Positions 38,942 through 49,618 are shown, numbered from the stretch's first letter. The stretch is 64,000 nt of DNA from Bryobacterales bacterium (GCA_963794595.1 CAWCER010000009.1:328835-392834), one strand, 5' to 3'. Numbers and translations are program-made. Notes: a model not told the origin generated them from the sequence alone.

Positions 38942-40885
38942 ATGTTCAATTTGTTCCGTAGCGGCGCCAAATTTACGAAGTATTTATTGGGCGGCTTGCT
39001 GCTGATCGTGGCCGCTTCGATGGTCACGTATCTGATCCCCAACACCGGGCTGACGGCCTCCAGCGACACCGGCGTCGACAACGTATTGGCCGAAGTTGGC
39101 GGCACTACTGTCACTGCGGATCAGGCCAAATCGGCCATAAGCCGCTTGGTGGCCAATGGCCAGCTTCCGCGCGATTCGGTGGATGTTTATCTGCCGCAAC
39201 TGATCGACCAAATGATCCAGGACCGCGCCGCGACCTACGCTTTCGCGAAGATGGGGCTGACAGTGACCGACGACGAAGTGCTGGCGGGCCTGATGCAGGT
39301 ATATCCGCAGGTTTTCAAAGATGGAAAATTGGTTTCCCCGGACCAATTGGAACAGGCGTTGCAGAGCCAGCAAGGTATGACGCTGGCGGAGGGCATCGAA
39401 GAAATGCGCCGGCAGTTGCTATTGCGCAAATTGCAAAATGTGGCTTTCACCAGCGTGGTGGTGACCAAGGCCGAGGTCGACCAGGCGATTATCCATAAAC
39501 ATCAGACCGCCAAGATTGAGTACATCGCGTTTCCGGCGGCGAAATTCCGCGACCAGGTGAAGGTCACCCCGGAGATTCTGCAGCAGGCTTACCTGAAGAA
39601 TCGCGGTATATATAATCTGCCAGAGAAGCGGTCCTTCCAGGTGTTGATTGCGGATCAGGCTAAGATGGCAGCAAGCATGACGGTGACCGACGCCCAACTG
39701 CGCGCGGCCTACGCATCTTCCATGGACAGCTTCCGCACGCCGGAGCGCGTCAAGGTCCGCCACATTTTATTGATGACGCAGGGAAAATCGGACGCCGATA
39801 AGAAGGCGGCGTTGGTCAAAGCACAGGATCTTCTGAAACAGGTAAGAGCCGGCGCGGACTTTGCCGAGCTCGCCAAGAAATATTCGCAGGATCCGGGATC
39901 GGCGCCCAACGGCGGGGACCTGGGCTTTATCGTGCGGGGCCAGACGGTGGCTCCCTTCGAAAAGTTTGCGTTTTCAGCCAAACCGAAAGATATCAGCGAT
40001 CTGGTAACCACCGAGTATGGCTACCACATCATCCAGGTGCTAGAGAAGGAACCCGCCCGGGTCAAGCCCTTCGAAGAAGTGAAAGACAGCATCGCCGACC
40101 AACTGAAGAAGCAGGGAGTGAACGACAAGATGCAGGCGTCGATGGATCAAGCCCGCGCCGCGCTGCTCAAAGCTCCCGGCTCCGCGGCTGACGTCGCCAA
40201 GCAGTTCGATCTGGAATTAGTGACCGCCAAGGACTTGGCAGCCGGTGAACCTATTCCTACCATCGGCGCATCGCCCGCGATCTCCGCCTTGGTGGCGGGG
40301 ATGAAGCCCAACGATGTCTCGGACGTTCAGTTGCTGCCGGGAAACAAGCTGGCTCTGGTCGTGCTCAATTCGATCACCCCGCCCAAACCCGCGGAATTCA
40401 GCGAAGTCGAGGCCAAAGTTCGGGATACCTATGTTACGAGTGAGTCCACCCGGCTGGCCGACATAGCCGCGAAAACAGCAGGGGAACGGGCGCACGCCGG
40501 CGAAGATCTGGCGGCCATTGCAAAGAGCCTAAAGCTGGAATCCACCAAATCGTCGGATGTGACGATCAACGACTCCATCACGGGACTGGGCCCAGCAGCC
40601 GAGTTACCCGACATCTTCACCAAGCCGGTTAATTCGGTGATCGGACCGGTATCGGTGGAGGGCAGGAACATCATCTACAAGATCGTGGACCGGCAGACTC
40701 CCGACCCGAATAATTATTCCAATGAGCGGGACGCCGCGATCCAGGAGCTGAAGCAGCAAAAGGCGCGAGCCATGTACGGTCTTTTTCAGGACAGCTTGAT
40801 GGAAGAGGCGCGGCAGGATGGGAAACTGAAGATCCATCAAAACGCGATCCGCCAGTTGATCGCGGACTTCCACGCCACGCGTTAG
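38942..40885 (+). CDS. membrane-anchored periplasmic chaperone / peptidyl-prolyl isomerase (PpiD/SurA-like, parvulin domain)
   Basis: N-terminal TM (KYLLGGLLLIVAASMVTYLI). Parvulin block VKVRHILL...AGADFAELAKKYSQDPGSAPNGGDLGFIVRGQTVAPFEKFAF...TEYGYHIIQV. Confidence 0.8.
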   Translation: MFNLFRSGAKFTKYLLGGLLLIVAASMVTYLIPNTGLTASSDTGVDNVLAEVGGTTVTADQAKSAISRLVANGQLPRDSVDVYLPQLIDQMIQDRAATYAFAKMGLTVTDDEVLAGLMQVYPQVFKDGKLVSPDQLEQALQSQQGMTLAEGIEEMRRQLLLRKLQNVAFTSVVVTKAEVDQAIIHKHQTAKIEYIAFPAAKFRDQVKVTPEILQQAYLKNRGIYNLPEKRSFQVLIADQAKMAASMTVTDAQLRAAYASSMDSFRTPERVKVRHILLMTQGKSDADKKAALVKAQDLLKQVRAGADFAELAKKYSQDPGSAPNGGDLGFIVRGQTVAPFEKFAFSAKPKDISDLVTTEYGYHIIQVLEKEPARVKPFEEVKDSIADQLKKQGVNDKMQASMDQARAALLKAPGSAADVAKQFDLELVTAKDLAAGEPIPTIGASPAISALVAGMKPNDVSDVQLLPGNKLALVVLNSITPPKPAEFSEVEAKVRDTYVTSESTRLADIAAKTAGERAHAGEDLAAIAKSLKLESTKSSDVTINDSITGLGPAAELPDIFTKPVNSVIGPVSVEGRNIIYKIVDRQTPDPNNYSNERDAAIQELKQQKARAMYGLFQDSLMEEARQDGKLKIHQNAIRQLIADFHATR

Positions 40886-40905
40886 GGACGGAACCGGCGC
40901 CCCCA

Positions 40906-41559
40906 GTGCATTTCGCCCTTGAAGTTTGGCACAGCCTCACCGATCCGGATCAACTGATTCATTTGCTCACCCAGGTGCTCACTGGGTGGCTGGGTTACGG
41001 CCTGCTCGCGGGCGTTGTGTTTGCCGAGACCGGGTTGCTTGCCGGGCTATTTTTGCCTGGCGATTCCTTGCTATTCACGGTGGGAGTGGTAGCCGGCGCG
41101 GGCGATTTGGATATCGTGAAAATCTCACTGGTGCTGGCTTTCGCCTCCATCGCGGGCGATCAGAGCGGCTACTTCTTGGGACGCCGAACGGGACCCCGCA
41201 TCTTCTCGCGCCCGGACTCTCGCATCTTCAAGCAGGAATATGTGACGCGCACGCAGGCGTTTTACGCCAAGCATGGCGGTAAAACACTGATCTATGCCAA
41301 GTTCGTCCCGATCGTGCGCACCTTTGCGCCCTTCATGGCGGGCGTGGGGCGCATGGCATATTCGCGCTTCCTTTCCTTTAATGTTTTCGGAGGGCTGGGA
41401 TGGGTGATCTCGATGACTCTGGCCGGGTACTTCCTGGGCGGGGTGCCGCTGGTTCGCAGGAACTTCGAAAAAGTAGTGATTGGCATTGTCCTGCTGAGCC
41501 TGCTGCCAATATTGATCCAATACTTGCACTCGCGGCGGGCTAGCGCAGCGGCACGCTAA
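40906..41559 (+). CDS. DedA family membrane protein
   Basis: FAETGLLAGLFLPGDSLLF...GDQSGYFLGRRTGPRIF...YAKFVPIVRTFAPFMAG, canonical DedA/SNARE-associated blocks. Confidence 0.85.
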   Translation: MHFALEVWHSLTDPDQLIHLLTQVLTGWLGYGLLAGVVFAETGLLAGLFLPGDSLLFTVGVVAGAGDLDIVKISLVLAFASIAGDQSGYFLGRRTGPRIFSRPDSRIFKQEYVTRTQAFYAKHGGKTLIYAKFVPIVRTFAPFMAGVGRMAYSRFLSFNVFGGLGWVISMTLAGYFLGGVPLVRRNFEKVVIGIVLLSLLPILIQYLHSRRASAAAR

Positions 41560-43018
41560 GGCTCTGGATCGCGCGCTGCACCACAGGATCGCGCTGCATT
41601 TCGATCTGGTCGCCTCTTTCGACGCCAAATTTCAGATTGACGATCTCCTGTTTCAGCTTGCTTTGAATGAGGTCGCTGTCGCGGAGCCATTCGGCAACCC
41701 CCGGCTGGATATTGCGCGCCGATAGATACACTTTCAACTCGTCGAGCAGATCGGGGCTAACGTCGAAATTATTCGGGATATCGTGAGCTTGCACATACTC
41801 GCCGGCAAATGCGGTGAGCGCGCCGCTTATGGTCAGCACGTAAACCAGACGGCTGACCTGAGGGGGTTGGATCCCGATATCAGGCTGGATGCCTCCGCCG
41901 CCGCGAACTTCCCGGCCGGAATCGGTGTGAAATATGCCGGGAGTGGCCTTGGCCGCAACGTTGAGCGAGCCGCTTTCGAGCGGCTTCTGCAAGGAACGCC
42001 CGCTGGGCGTGTAGTAGAACGCTATGGTCAGCGCTAAACCCGTGTTGCCGGAAAGCGGAAACACATTCTGTACGATGCCCTTGCCGTAGCTGGGTTCGCC
42101 AAGGATAGTGGCGCGGTCATGGTCTTGCAGCGCGCCGGCCAGGATCTCGGCGGCACTGGCGCTCATCTCGTCCATGAGGATCGCCACCGGAAAAGTGTAG
42201 GGCTGAGCCAGAGGCGCTACGCGCGCTTCCTGTTTTTGTCCGGTGCGGCCGCGCACCGTAAACACCAGTTGGCCTGGCTGGAGGAACAGAGAAGCGACAT
42301 CCACGGCCGCTTGCACCGCACCGCCGGGGTTGGCGCGCAGGTCTATCACCAGTCCCTTCAGCGCTTCCCCGCCCAGCTTTTCAATGGTGGCTTTAACCAG
42401 TTTGCCGGTGGGTTCGTCGAAACTCTTGATGCGCAGATACCCGATGCCGGGTTCGATCTGGAAAGCGCGGTCTACACTCGGTGCGTCGATAAGCTCGGGC
42501 GAAAGCGTCAGGCGGAAGGCGCGTGCGTTGCCCGGCTTGCGCACATCCAGCACGGCGGCCTGCTGGCGCGCCTGCTGGAGCAGCTGCACCAGTTGCTCCG
42601 GCACCAGCGGCGCTATGGGGATATTGTTGATGGCGAGGATCTCGTCACCGGCGCTTAATCCCGATTTCGCGGAAGGCGAGCCTTCCATGGTTTGCAGAAT
42701 CGTGACCTGCCCGGGGTTGATGCTGACGATGGTGCCGAAGCCCTTGGACTCGCTCCGTTGCATCTGCTGGAGCTGCTGGAACTGGTCGGGATCGAAGAAG
42801 ATCGAGTGCGGATCGAGCGTGCGCAGCATCCCAGGGATGGCGCCCTGGTAGAGGGCCTGGTCGGGCGAGACCGGGTCGGCCGCCTGCTGGTCCAGAATCG
42901 TGAATACATCCAGCAGCTTCTTGAGATCGTCGGCGAGCCCGGCGGCGGGGTCGTCATCTGCCCGCAGCGCGGCGGGCAGCAACAGCAACACGATAATTGC
43001 GAGGATACGCATGCTCAT
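41540..43018 (-). CDS. ctpA: S41 family carboxyl-terminal processing peptidase
   Basis: Signal peptide MSMRILAIIVLLLLPAALRA, a PDZ region, LVIDLRANPGG and ILMDEMSASAAEILAGAL (Ser/Lys dyad context). The ATG overlaps the ddl stop (ATGA). Confidence 0.9.
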   Translation of the reverse strand: MSMRILAIIVLLLLPAALRADDDPAAGLADDLKKLLDVFTILDQQAADPVSPDQALYQGAIPGMLRTLDPHSIFFDPDQFQQLQQMQRSESKGFGTIVSINPGQVTILQTMEGSPSAKSGLSAGDEILAINNIPIAPLVPEQLVQLLQQARQQAAVLDVRKPGNARAFRLTLSPELIDAPSVDRAFQIEPGIGYLRIKSFDEPTGKLVKATIEKLGGEALKGLVIDLRANPGGAVQAAVDVASLFLQPGQLVFTVRGRTGQKQEARVAPLAQPYTFPVAILMDEMSASAAEILAGALQDHDRATILGEPSYGKGIVQNVFPLSGNTGLALTIAFYYTPSGRSLQKPLESGSLNVAAKATPGIFHTDSGREVRGGGGIQPDIGIQPPQVSRLVYVLTISGALTAFAGEYVQAHDIPNNFDVSPDLLDELKVYLSARNIQPGVAEWLRDSDLIQSKLKQEIVNLKFGVERGDQIEMQRDPVVQRAIQSLSVPLR

Positions 43019-43992
43019 CTGTGAAAGCGCGTGGCTTCGCGCTCGCCATAACGTTCGAGCGCGAGATCGATCAACCGGGTGATCAGCTCGGCGTACGGCA
43101 CTCCCGCCGCTTCCCACATTTTCGGATACATACTAATGGACGTAAAGCCCGGGATAGTGTTGGGCTCGTTGATGTAGAATTTGCCGGTGGAGGTTTCGAG
43201 CAGGAAATCCACGCGCGCCATACCCTCGCAATAAACCGTTTGATAGCAAGCGACGGCGAGACGCTGGACTTCGCGGGTTTGCTCAGGCGTCAGGTCGGCC
43301 GGCAGCACCGTCTTCGAAGTGCCTAGCAGATACTTGTCTTCGTAATCGTAGAACTCACGCGAGGGCAGGATTTCGCAGGGGACGGCCGCGACCGGGTCTT
43401 GGTTGCCGAGCACCGAGCATTCGAATTCGCGCCCCGCGATACCGCGCTCGACCAATATCTTCCGATCGAACCTTCCTGCAAATTCCAGGGCGCGGGCGAG
43501 ATCATCGCGAGTCTTCACCTTCGAGATCCCCACTGAAGAGCCGAGATTCGCGGGCTTGACGAACATGGGGAAAGGCAGGCGCGAACAGATGTCGTCGAGG
43601 TCGTATTCTCCGCGGGCTAGCACCACGAACTCGGCCACCGGCAGGCCGCGCTCGCGCAGCAGGCGCTTGGTGACCTCTTTATCCATGGCTACCGCCGAGC
43701 CGAGCACACCCGCGCCGACGTACGGCAGACCGGCCAGTTCGAGGAGTCCCTGCACCGTGCCATCCTCACCAAAAGTGCCGTGGAGGACCGGGAATACCAC
43801 GTCTATGCCGGGATTGCCACCGGGCTCAGGCGAAATGGCGCGCGGCTTCCAACGGCCTTCCGGAGTGATGAAGATGCGCTGGACCTCATAGCGCTGAGGG
43901 TCCATGGCGGCGATGATGGATTCAGCCGAGCGCAGAGAAATTTCGTGCTCACCGCTGCGCCCTCCATAAAGTACGGCTACCCGGAGTTTCAT
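43015..43992 (-). CDS. ddl: D-alanine--D-alanine ligase
   Basis: MKLRVAVLYGGRSGEHEISLRSA...VFPVLHGTFGEDGTVQGLLELAGLPYVG...FVKPANLGSSVGISKV...NEPNTIPGFT. Confidence 0.95.
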   Translation of the reverse strand: MKLRVAVLYGGRSGEHEISLRSAESIIAAMDPQRYEVQRIFITPEGRWKPRAISPEPGGNPGIDVVFPVLHGTFGEDGTVQGLLELAGLPYVGAGVLGSAVAMDKEVTKRLLRERGLPVAEFVVLARGEYDLDDICSRLPFPMFVKPANLGSSVGISKVKTRDDLARALEFAGRFDRKILVERGIAGREFECSVLGNQDPVAAVPCEILPSREFYDYEDKYLLGTSKTVLPADLTPEQTREVQRLAVACYQTVYCEGMARVDFLLETSTGKFYINEPNTIPGFTSISMYPKMWEAAGVPYAELITRLIDLALERYGEREATRFHR

Positions 43993-44903
43993 AAAATTCG
44001 TTTCCCCAATGCGCTGGTGGCGAGCTCCACGGCCAGAAGGGCAGTGCGATTGGCCTCATCCAGCACCGGGTTCACTTCCACCATTTCGAGCGAAGTCATG
44101 CCGCCGCTATCGCAAACCAGTTCCATCAGCAGGTGCGCCTCGCGATAAGTGACGCCGCCGGGGACGGGCGTTCCAACGCCTGGGGCCTCTCGCGGATCGA
44201 CCGCGTCCATATCGAACGACAGATGGAAACCGGCAGTGCCCGCGGTGACAAGCTCAATCGCCTCGCGAATGACTGCGGGGAGCCCGCGCTCGTCGATGTC
44301 GCGCATCGTAAAGGGATGTACTCCGGCGCCGCGTACATTGAAGCGCTCGACATCATCCACGCTGCGCAGGCCGATCAGCGCCACCGACGTGGGCTCGACC
44401 TGGGGCGAAGGGCCGCCGATATCCGTGAGTTCGCGCGGGCCCAGTCCGATGCAGCAGGCGAGAGGCATTCCATGCACATTGCCGCTGGGGCTGGTCGCGG
44501 GCGTGTTCATGTCGGCGTGCGCGTCGATCCAGATGAGCCCTAGCTTGAGCCGGGATTTGCGGAAGTGCCGCGACATGCCGGAGACGGTGCCGATCGCGAC
44601 CGAGTGATCGCCTCCCAGCACCACCGGGACGCGGCCGCTGTCAGCGGCCTTTTCCACCATCTCAGCAAGCCGCGTACATGTGTGTGCGATCTGCGGCAAA
44701 TAGCGGGCGCCGGGGTTGCCGATGGGCAAGCTCTCGGGTTGATCCACCAGCACGTTTCCCAGATCCTCGACTTCATAGCCCAGCAACGTAAGCTTCTCAT
44801 TGAGGCCCGCCAGGCGCAGCGCCGACGGGCCCATATCGACGCCGCGGCGTCCGGCACCCAGGTCCATCGGCGCACCGATGATGGCGATGTGAGATTGCTT
44901 CAT
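43989..44903 (-). CDS. rocF: arginase (ureohydrolase family)
   Basis: IAIIGAPMDLGAGRRGVDMGPSALR, GGDHSVAIG, WIDAHADMNT and SFDMDAVDP Mn-binding blocks. Its stop overlaps the ddl ATG (ATGA). Confidence 0.85.
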   Translation of the reverse strand: MKQSHIAIIGAPMDLGAGRRGVDMGPSALRLAGLNEKLTLLGYEVEDLGNVLVDQPESLPIGNPGARYLPQIAHTCTRLAEMVEKAADSGRVPVVLGGDHSVAIGTVSGMSRHFRKSRLKLGLIWIDAHADMNTPATSPSGNVHGMPLACCIGLGPRELTDIGGPSPQVEPTSVALIGLRSVDDVERFNVRGAGVHPFTMRDIDERGLPAVIREAIELVTAGTAGFHLSFDMDAVDPREAPGVGTPVPGGVTYREAHLLMELVCDSGGMTSLEMVEVNPVLDEANRTALLAVELATSALGKRIL

Positions 44904-45000
44904 GAAGTCTGGCGAAGGCAGCTGCCGACACAATTATCGCGTTTCACGATGCCTTGCATCGAAGGAGATCCCCCAGTCACGGGCGGAGTAAATCGAAAAA

Positions 45001-45210
45001 CTACTTCTTCGTAGTTCGGGCCATCTTCATGATACTTGCGAGTGTTCCTCGGGGAAGTGGATGCGAGCCGTGGACCGGGACAGGTATGGTAAATGGATGC
45101 GAGGGTTTAACCATCATGTGATCGCTGCCTTCTACTCGATCCAATCGAAAACCAAGCTTCTGAAGCGCCCGGATTACCTGTTTGCCGTTTGGCGCCGAAA
45201 CGGTCGACAT
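45001..45210 (-). CDS. hicA: HicA-family toxin (YcfA-like mRNA interferase)
   Basis: 69 aa; KQVIRALQKLGFRLDRVEGSDHMMVKP....IPVPVHGSHPLPRGTLASIMKMA matches the HicA pattern (GS-x-H ... PxHxxxxLxxGTLxxIlkqA). Confidence 0.75.
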   Translation of the reverse strand: MSTVSAPNGKQVIRALQKLGFRLDRVEGSDHMMVKPSHPFTIPVPVHGSHPLPRGTLASIMKMARTTKK

Positions 45211-45213
45211 TTG

Positions 45214-45603
45214 TCAAGAGCCAAGGACTCGTTTAAGTGCCATGAGCTTGGCCGCAGCGAGGGGAACTTTCTTACGATTCGCCTCCATCGAAGCGAGATA
45301 TCCTCGGATCATTTCGGCGGTAGCGTTTAGTGCGTCAAGCTCGGTCGTGCCGTAGGACGAAATTCCGTGAAGCTCTTTCACGAAAGTGACAAAAACGCCC
45401 GACTCTTCGTCAAATTCCATGTCTACGGTTACGGCTTTGGTCTTTGCGAGAGGGTGGGATCTGTAAGCGTAGGGGTCAGCAGTGTCCAGGAATCTCTTGG
45501 CCGCCTTGTTCTCCGCAGCTTTCCGGGATTTCTCATAAACCACAATCTCGGGAGCCTCGACAATCGAAGCGACGTAGGAGCCGTCCCTTTGCGGAAGGCT
45601 CAT
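45214..45603 (-). CDS. hicB: HicB-family antitoxin (UPF0150-like)
   Basis: ATG 45603. DGSYVASIVEAPEIVVYEKS and ...GVFVTFVKELHGISSYGTTELDALNATAEMIRGYL resemble two HicB_N-like folds. Its stop lies 3 nt upstream of hicA. Confidence 0.65.
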   Translation of the reverse strand: MSLPQRDGSYVASIVEAPEIVVYEKSRKAAENKAAKRFLDTADPYAYRSHPLAKTKAVTVDMEFDEESGVFVTFVKELHGISSYGTTELDALNATAEMIRGYLASMEANRKKVPLAAAKLMALKRVLGS

Positions 45604-45753
45604 GATCTGAAATCGACGTTCCGTTAGCTTATGAATACGCGGCTTCAAAGGAAAATCAGGCGACAGGAACGGGAAGGGTCTGTGGTGTGACAGCCGGGCG
45701 GATACGGGATTCTTCAGGCGCAGATGCAGCATCGCAATTCCATGATAATCCGC

Positions 45754-47079
45754 TTACGGCCGCGTGCGGTACAGCATGCGCGGAAATGCAATGGTTTCTC
45801 TAATGTGTTCGAGGCCGCACATCCAGGCGACGAATCGTTCGACGCCCATGCCGAATCCGGAGTGCGGCACCGAACCGTAGCGCCGCAAATCCAGATACCA
45901 GTCGAATTCCGAGGCCGGCAGGTGGTGTTCCTTCAGGCGCTGCAGCAGCAGGTCCAGATCGTGGATACGTTGGCCGCCGCCGATCACTTCGCCAAATCCC
46001 TCGGGAGCGATGAAGTCTGCCCCCAACGCTACCTCCGGGCGGTCGGGAGCGGGCTGGAAATAGAACGCCTTGACTACAGACGGGAAACGATCGATGATGA
46101 CGGGCCGGTCGAGGTCATCGGTGAGCAAAGTCTCGTCGGTGTTGCCGAAGTCCATGCCCCATTGAATCTCGCTGCCCTTCGACTGGAGCTTGAGCACCGC
46201 TTCGTCGTAGCTCATGCGAGGGAACGGCGCCTGAATGGCTTCGAGTTTGGTGACGTTGCGTTCCAGTGCTTTGAGTTCCTCCTTGCGATTTTCCAGCACA
46301 CGGCCCACAACGGAAACGATCAGCTCCTCGCCGACGCGCTTGACCTCGTCGAGATCGGCGTAGGCCATCTCGGGTTCCACCATCCAGAATTCGGTGAGGT
46401 GGCGGCGAGTCTTGGACTTCTCAGCGCGGAACGTGGGACCGAAGGCGTAAGTCTTGCCGAAAGCCATGATGGTGGCTTCGTTATAAAGCTGGCCCGACTG
46501 CGCGAGATACACTTTTTCTTCGTCGAAATAATTTACTTCAAACAAGGTGCTGGTGCCTTCGCAGGCCGACGGCGTGAAAATTGGAGTGTCTACCAGGATG
46601 AACCCGTGTGAGTCGAGATACTCGCGGATCCCCTTGATCACCTCGTGCCGCACCAGCAGCGCGGCATGCTGGCGGCGACTGCGCAGCCACAAGTGGCGAT
46701 GATCCATCAGGAAATCGACTCCGTGCTCTTTGGGCGTGATGGGATACGGCCGCTCTTCGGACACACGCTGCAGGATATGCGCGCTTTCTACGTCGAGTTC
46801 GTAACCCCCGGGTGCGCGCGCTTCGGCCCGGATCTTGCCGCGGATGGTGAGCGAAGACTCCTGGGTCAGGTCTTTCAGGGCTTCAAAGGTTTCCTCCGGC
46901 AGTGCGCTCTTCACCGCGACGCATTGCAGAACGCCGGTGCCATCCCGCATTTGCGGAAAGCAGATTTTGCCGCTACGCCGCAGATTGTAGAGCCAGCCGG
47001 CGATTTCGACGGACTCGCCCACATGCTGGCCGGCGCTGGCAATCGTTACTCTGGGTACAGTGGGTTCAGGACTCGTCAT
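45754..47079 (-). CDS. asnS: asparagine--tRNA ligase
   Basis: 441 aa, class II aa[31 protein letters not shown] and [27 protein letters not shown]. Confidence 0.9.
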   Translation of the reverse strand: MTSPEPTVPRVTIASAGQHVGESVEIAGWLYNLRRSGKICFPQMRDGTGVLQCVAVKSALPEETFEALKDLTQESSLTIRGKIRAEARAPGGYELDVESAHILQRVSEERPYPITPKEHGVDFLMDHRHLWLRSRRQHAALLVRHEVIKGIREYLDSHGFILVDTPIFTPSACEGTSTLFEVNYFDEEKVYLAQSGQLYNEATIMAFGKTYAFGPTFRAEKSKTRRHLTEFWMVEPEMAYADLDEVKRVGEELIVSVVGRVLENRKEELKALERNVTKLEAIQAPFPRMSYDEAVLKLQSKGSEIQWGMDFGNTDETLLTDDLDRPVIIDRFPSVVKAFYFQPAPDRPEVALGADFIAPEGFGEVIGGGQRIHDLDLLLQRLKEHHLPASEFDWYLDLRRYGSVPHSGFGMGVERFVAWMCGLEHIRETIAFPRMLYRTRP

Positions 47080-47932
47080 TGATCGTCAGATTTTCCATCG
47101 TGTCAAACAGCTTGCGCAGGATATCGAAGGGCGGACCCATGTCGGGCACTTCGCGGAGCTCAAACAGCAGTGGATAGCGGTCACCCTGGGAACGGAGAAG
47201 CTGCATGGTGCGGCGCCAATCGATGTTTCCTTGCCTGGGAGTCCCCTGCCCCGGCGCGAGCGTGGGAAACAGGTGCAAGTCTTCCTTCCCATCATTGTCG
47301 TGGATGTGGGTTGAGCGGATGCGGTTTTTCAGCAAGCGGTAGGCAGTTTCGACTCCTTCGTTCATATGCGCGTGACCCACGTCCAGACAGACGTTCAGAT
47401 TCAAATGAGTGGTGCCCAGGAACATCAGCAGCCGCTCGGCGGTCGAAAGCTGATTGGGAATGTTCTCCAGCAAGACTTCCACCCCGCGCTGGCGTGCGAA
47501 CAAGCTGATTTCCTCGAGCGCGGTGAACGCGGCGTCGACCGAACGCTCGTCGTATTCTTGCTCGGTGACGCCGATGTGCTGGATCAAGTAAGGAAACGGA
47601 ATGGTCTCAGCGACTTCCAGCGCGCGCTTGATTTCATCCAGCATCGGAATACGCTTGCCCTTTACAGGCTCGGTGATGTTGATGACCGCGTGCGGTCCCG
47701 AGCGACCGGCGTATTCATCGGTGTGCAAGGGCGAATGCAGGGAATGTAGTTTGAGCTCGGAATCCCGGAACCAGTGTCCCAGCTCGTCGATTTGTGCGCG
47801 ATTGTGATAGTCCAGATGCTGGCGCGCGCAGAAGATTTCCACCAGCGGGATGCCGGCCTCCCAAATCCGGTCCAGCAAAACATTGCTGAGACGATGGTTG
47901 ACCAGAAGGTGGGTCGAGAGAGCGCGTTCCAT
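47066..47932 (-). CDS. sugar phosphate isomerase/epimerase (xylose isomerase-like TIM barrel) family protein
   Basis: 288 aa; ..LHSLHSPLH.., ..LENIPN.., ..[10 protein letters not shown].., ..THIHDNDG.. pattern of AP_endonuc_2-type TIM barrels. Confidence 0.75.
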   Translation of the reverse strand: MERALSTHLLVNHRLSNVLLDRIWEAGIPLVEIFCARQHLDYHNRAQIDELGHWFRDSELKLHSLHSPLHTDEYAGRSGPHAVINITEPVKGKRIPMLDEIKRALEVAETIPFPYLIQHIGVTEQEYDERSVDAAFTALEEISLFARQRGVEVLLENIPNQLSTAERLLMFLGTTHLNLNVCLDVGHAHMNEGVETAYRLLKNRIRSTHIHDNDGKEDLHLFPTLAPGQGTPRQGNIDWRRTMQLLRSQGDRYPLLFELREVPDMGPPFDILRKLFDTMENLTINDES

Positions 47933-47944
47933 GAGGGTAGAGTT

Positions 47945-49618
47945 CTAGTATCCCGCAGCTTTGCCGGTCCAGCGCGGGTCAGCCGCGCCCTGCAGCCATC
48001 CGCCGTCGCTGAGGACCGCGTTGATACGCGCCAGCACCACGCCCGGCGAGTAATCGACTTGGTGACCCATAGCCTCAAGCAGGGCCACAGTGTCGGGCGA
48101 GATGCCAGCTTCCAGATACAGTTTGTCCGGCTTCCATTGATGGTGGAAGCGAGGCGCATATACGGCGTCCTGGATATTCATGTGGAAGTCAATCACGTTA
48201 AGCAGCACTTGCAGCACCGCCGTGATGATGCGTGGACCTCCTGGCGCGCCGAGAACCATGAAAGGCTTGCCGTCGCGGACCACAATGGTGGGCGTCATGG
48301 CCGAAAGCGGCCGCTTGCCGGGCTCGATGGCGTTGGCCTCTCCTTGTAGGAGTCCAAACATATTCGGGGTATTTGGCTTGACGGTAAAGTCATCCATTAC
48401 GTCGTTGAGCAGAAAGCCCAGACCGGGAACGGTGACGCCACTTCCGTAACCGTTGTTTAGCGTGTAGGTCACCGCAACGGCGTTTCCGGACGCATCGACA
48501 ATCGAATAGTGAGTGGTCTCGGTGCTTTCACGTCCGGACGGCTGGCCGGGATTTAGTTGATCGCTGGGAGTAGCACGATCCGGATCGATCGACGCGCGCC
48601 GCTCGCGAATGTAAGCCCGATCGAGCAGGCCTTTCACCGGAACCTTAACGAAATCAGAATCGCCCAGATATTGGCTTCGATCGGCGAAATAGCGGCGCAT
48701 GACTTCGGCGACGTAATGGATCGTCGCCGCAGCGCCGGGGCCAGCCTTCCCGTAACCACTGTCTTCAAGCATCCCCAGCATCTGCAAAATCCCGATGCCG
48801 CCGGAGCTGGGCAGCGGAGCGGTCAGAATGGTCAAGCCGCGATAGGCTCCGGTGAGCGGAGTCCGTTCCACGGCCTGATAGCGCTGCAAATCGCCAAGTG
48901 TGAGGAGGCCGCCATGCCCCGCCATTTCCGACACAAGGCGGTGTGCGGTCTCGCCTTCGTAAAATTCCCGGGCACCGGAGGCCGCGATGCGTTTGAGAGT
49001 CGCCGCCAGCTCGGGCTGAACCAACACGTCGCCGGCATCATAAAACGTCCCGCTCTTCTGAAAAATGCGCTTGGATTCAAGATCCTCGGCAAGATTGTGC
49101 GCGTTGCGCAGCAGTTCGGCGGATTTGTAGGAAAGGGCGTAGCCCTTCGCCGCCAACTCGACCGCGGGTGCGATCAGGTCGCTCCATTTTTGACTCCCAT
49201 ATTTGGACTGCGCCAGTTCGAAGCCCCGCACGCTGCCGGGGACTCCTACCGCGCGCCAGCCATCGACGGAATCCTGGGTTGGATTGCCTTGCGCGTCAAG
49301 ATACATGTCGCGGCTGGCTTTTTCCGGGGCGCGCTCGCGAAAATCGATGAACGTGGACCGGCCATCGGCGAAGCGCACCAGCATGAATCCACCGCCTCCC
49401 AGATTGCCGGCGTAGGGGTGCGTAACCGCCAGAGCGAAGCCGACGGCTACCGCGGCGTCCACCGCATTGCCCCCGCTCTTAAGCACCGCAACGCCCACGT
49501 CGGCCGCCAGAGGCTCGTCGGCAACCACCATGCCGTGCCGCGCGCGCACCGGCTCGTGAGCGCTCAAAACAGCGCCTACCAAAGGCAGAATAAACAAACC
49601 GCGAGGCATTGGCACCAA
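47945..49618 (-). CDS. ggt: gamma-glutamyltransferase
   Basis: 557 aa with a signal peptide. GGNAVDAAVAVGFALAV, the autoprocessing site ESTETTHYSIVD, and GAPGGPRIIT. Confidence 0.9.
   Translation of the reverse strand: MVPMPRGLFILPLVGAVLSAHEPVRARHGMVVADEPLAADVGVAVLKSGGNAVDAAVAVGFALAVTHPYAGNLGGGGFMLVRFADGRSTFIDFRERAPEKASRDMYLDAQGNPTQDSVDGWRAVGVPGSVRGFELAQSKYGSQKWSDLIAPAVELAAKGYALSYKSAELLRNAHNLAEDLESKRIFQKSGTFYDAGDVLVQPELAATLKRIAASGAREFYEGETAHRLVSEMAGHGGLLTLGDLQRYQAVERTPLTGAYRGLTILTAPLPSSGGIGILQMLGMLEDSGYGKAGPGAAATIHYVAEVMRRYFADRSQYLGDSDFVKVPVKGLLDRAYIRERRASIDPDRATPSDQLNPGQPSGRESTETTHYSIVDASGNAVAVTYTLNNGYGSGVTVPGLGFLLNDVMDDFTVKPNTPNMFGLLQGEANAIEPGKRPLSAMTPTIVVRDGKPFMVLGAPGGPRIITAVLQVLLNVIDFHMNIQDAVYAPRFHHQWKPDKLYLEAGISPDTVALLEAMGHQVDYSPGVVLARINAVLSDGGWLQGAADPRWTGKAAGY

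Noticed and set aside
45724-46611. 295-aa plus-strand ORF antisense to asnS
   Set aside because: Shadow ORF opposite a complete class II aaRS.
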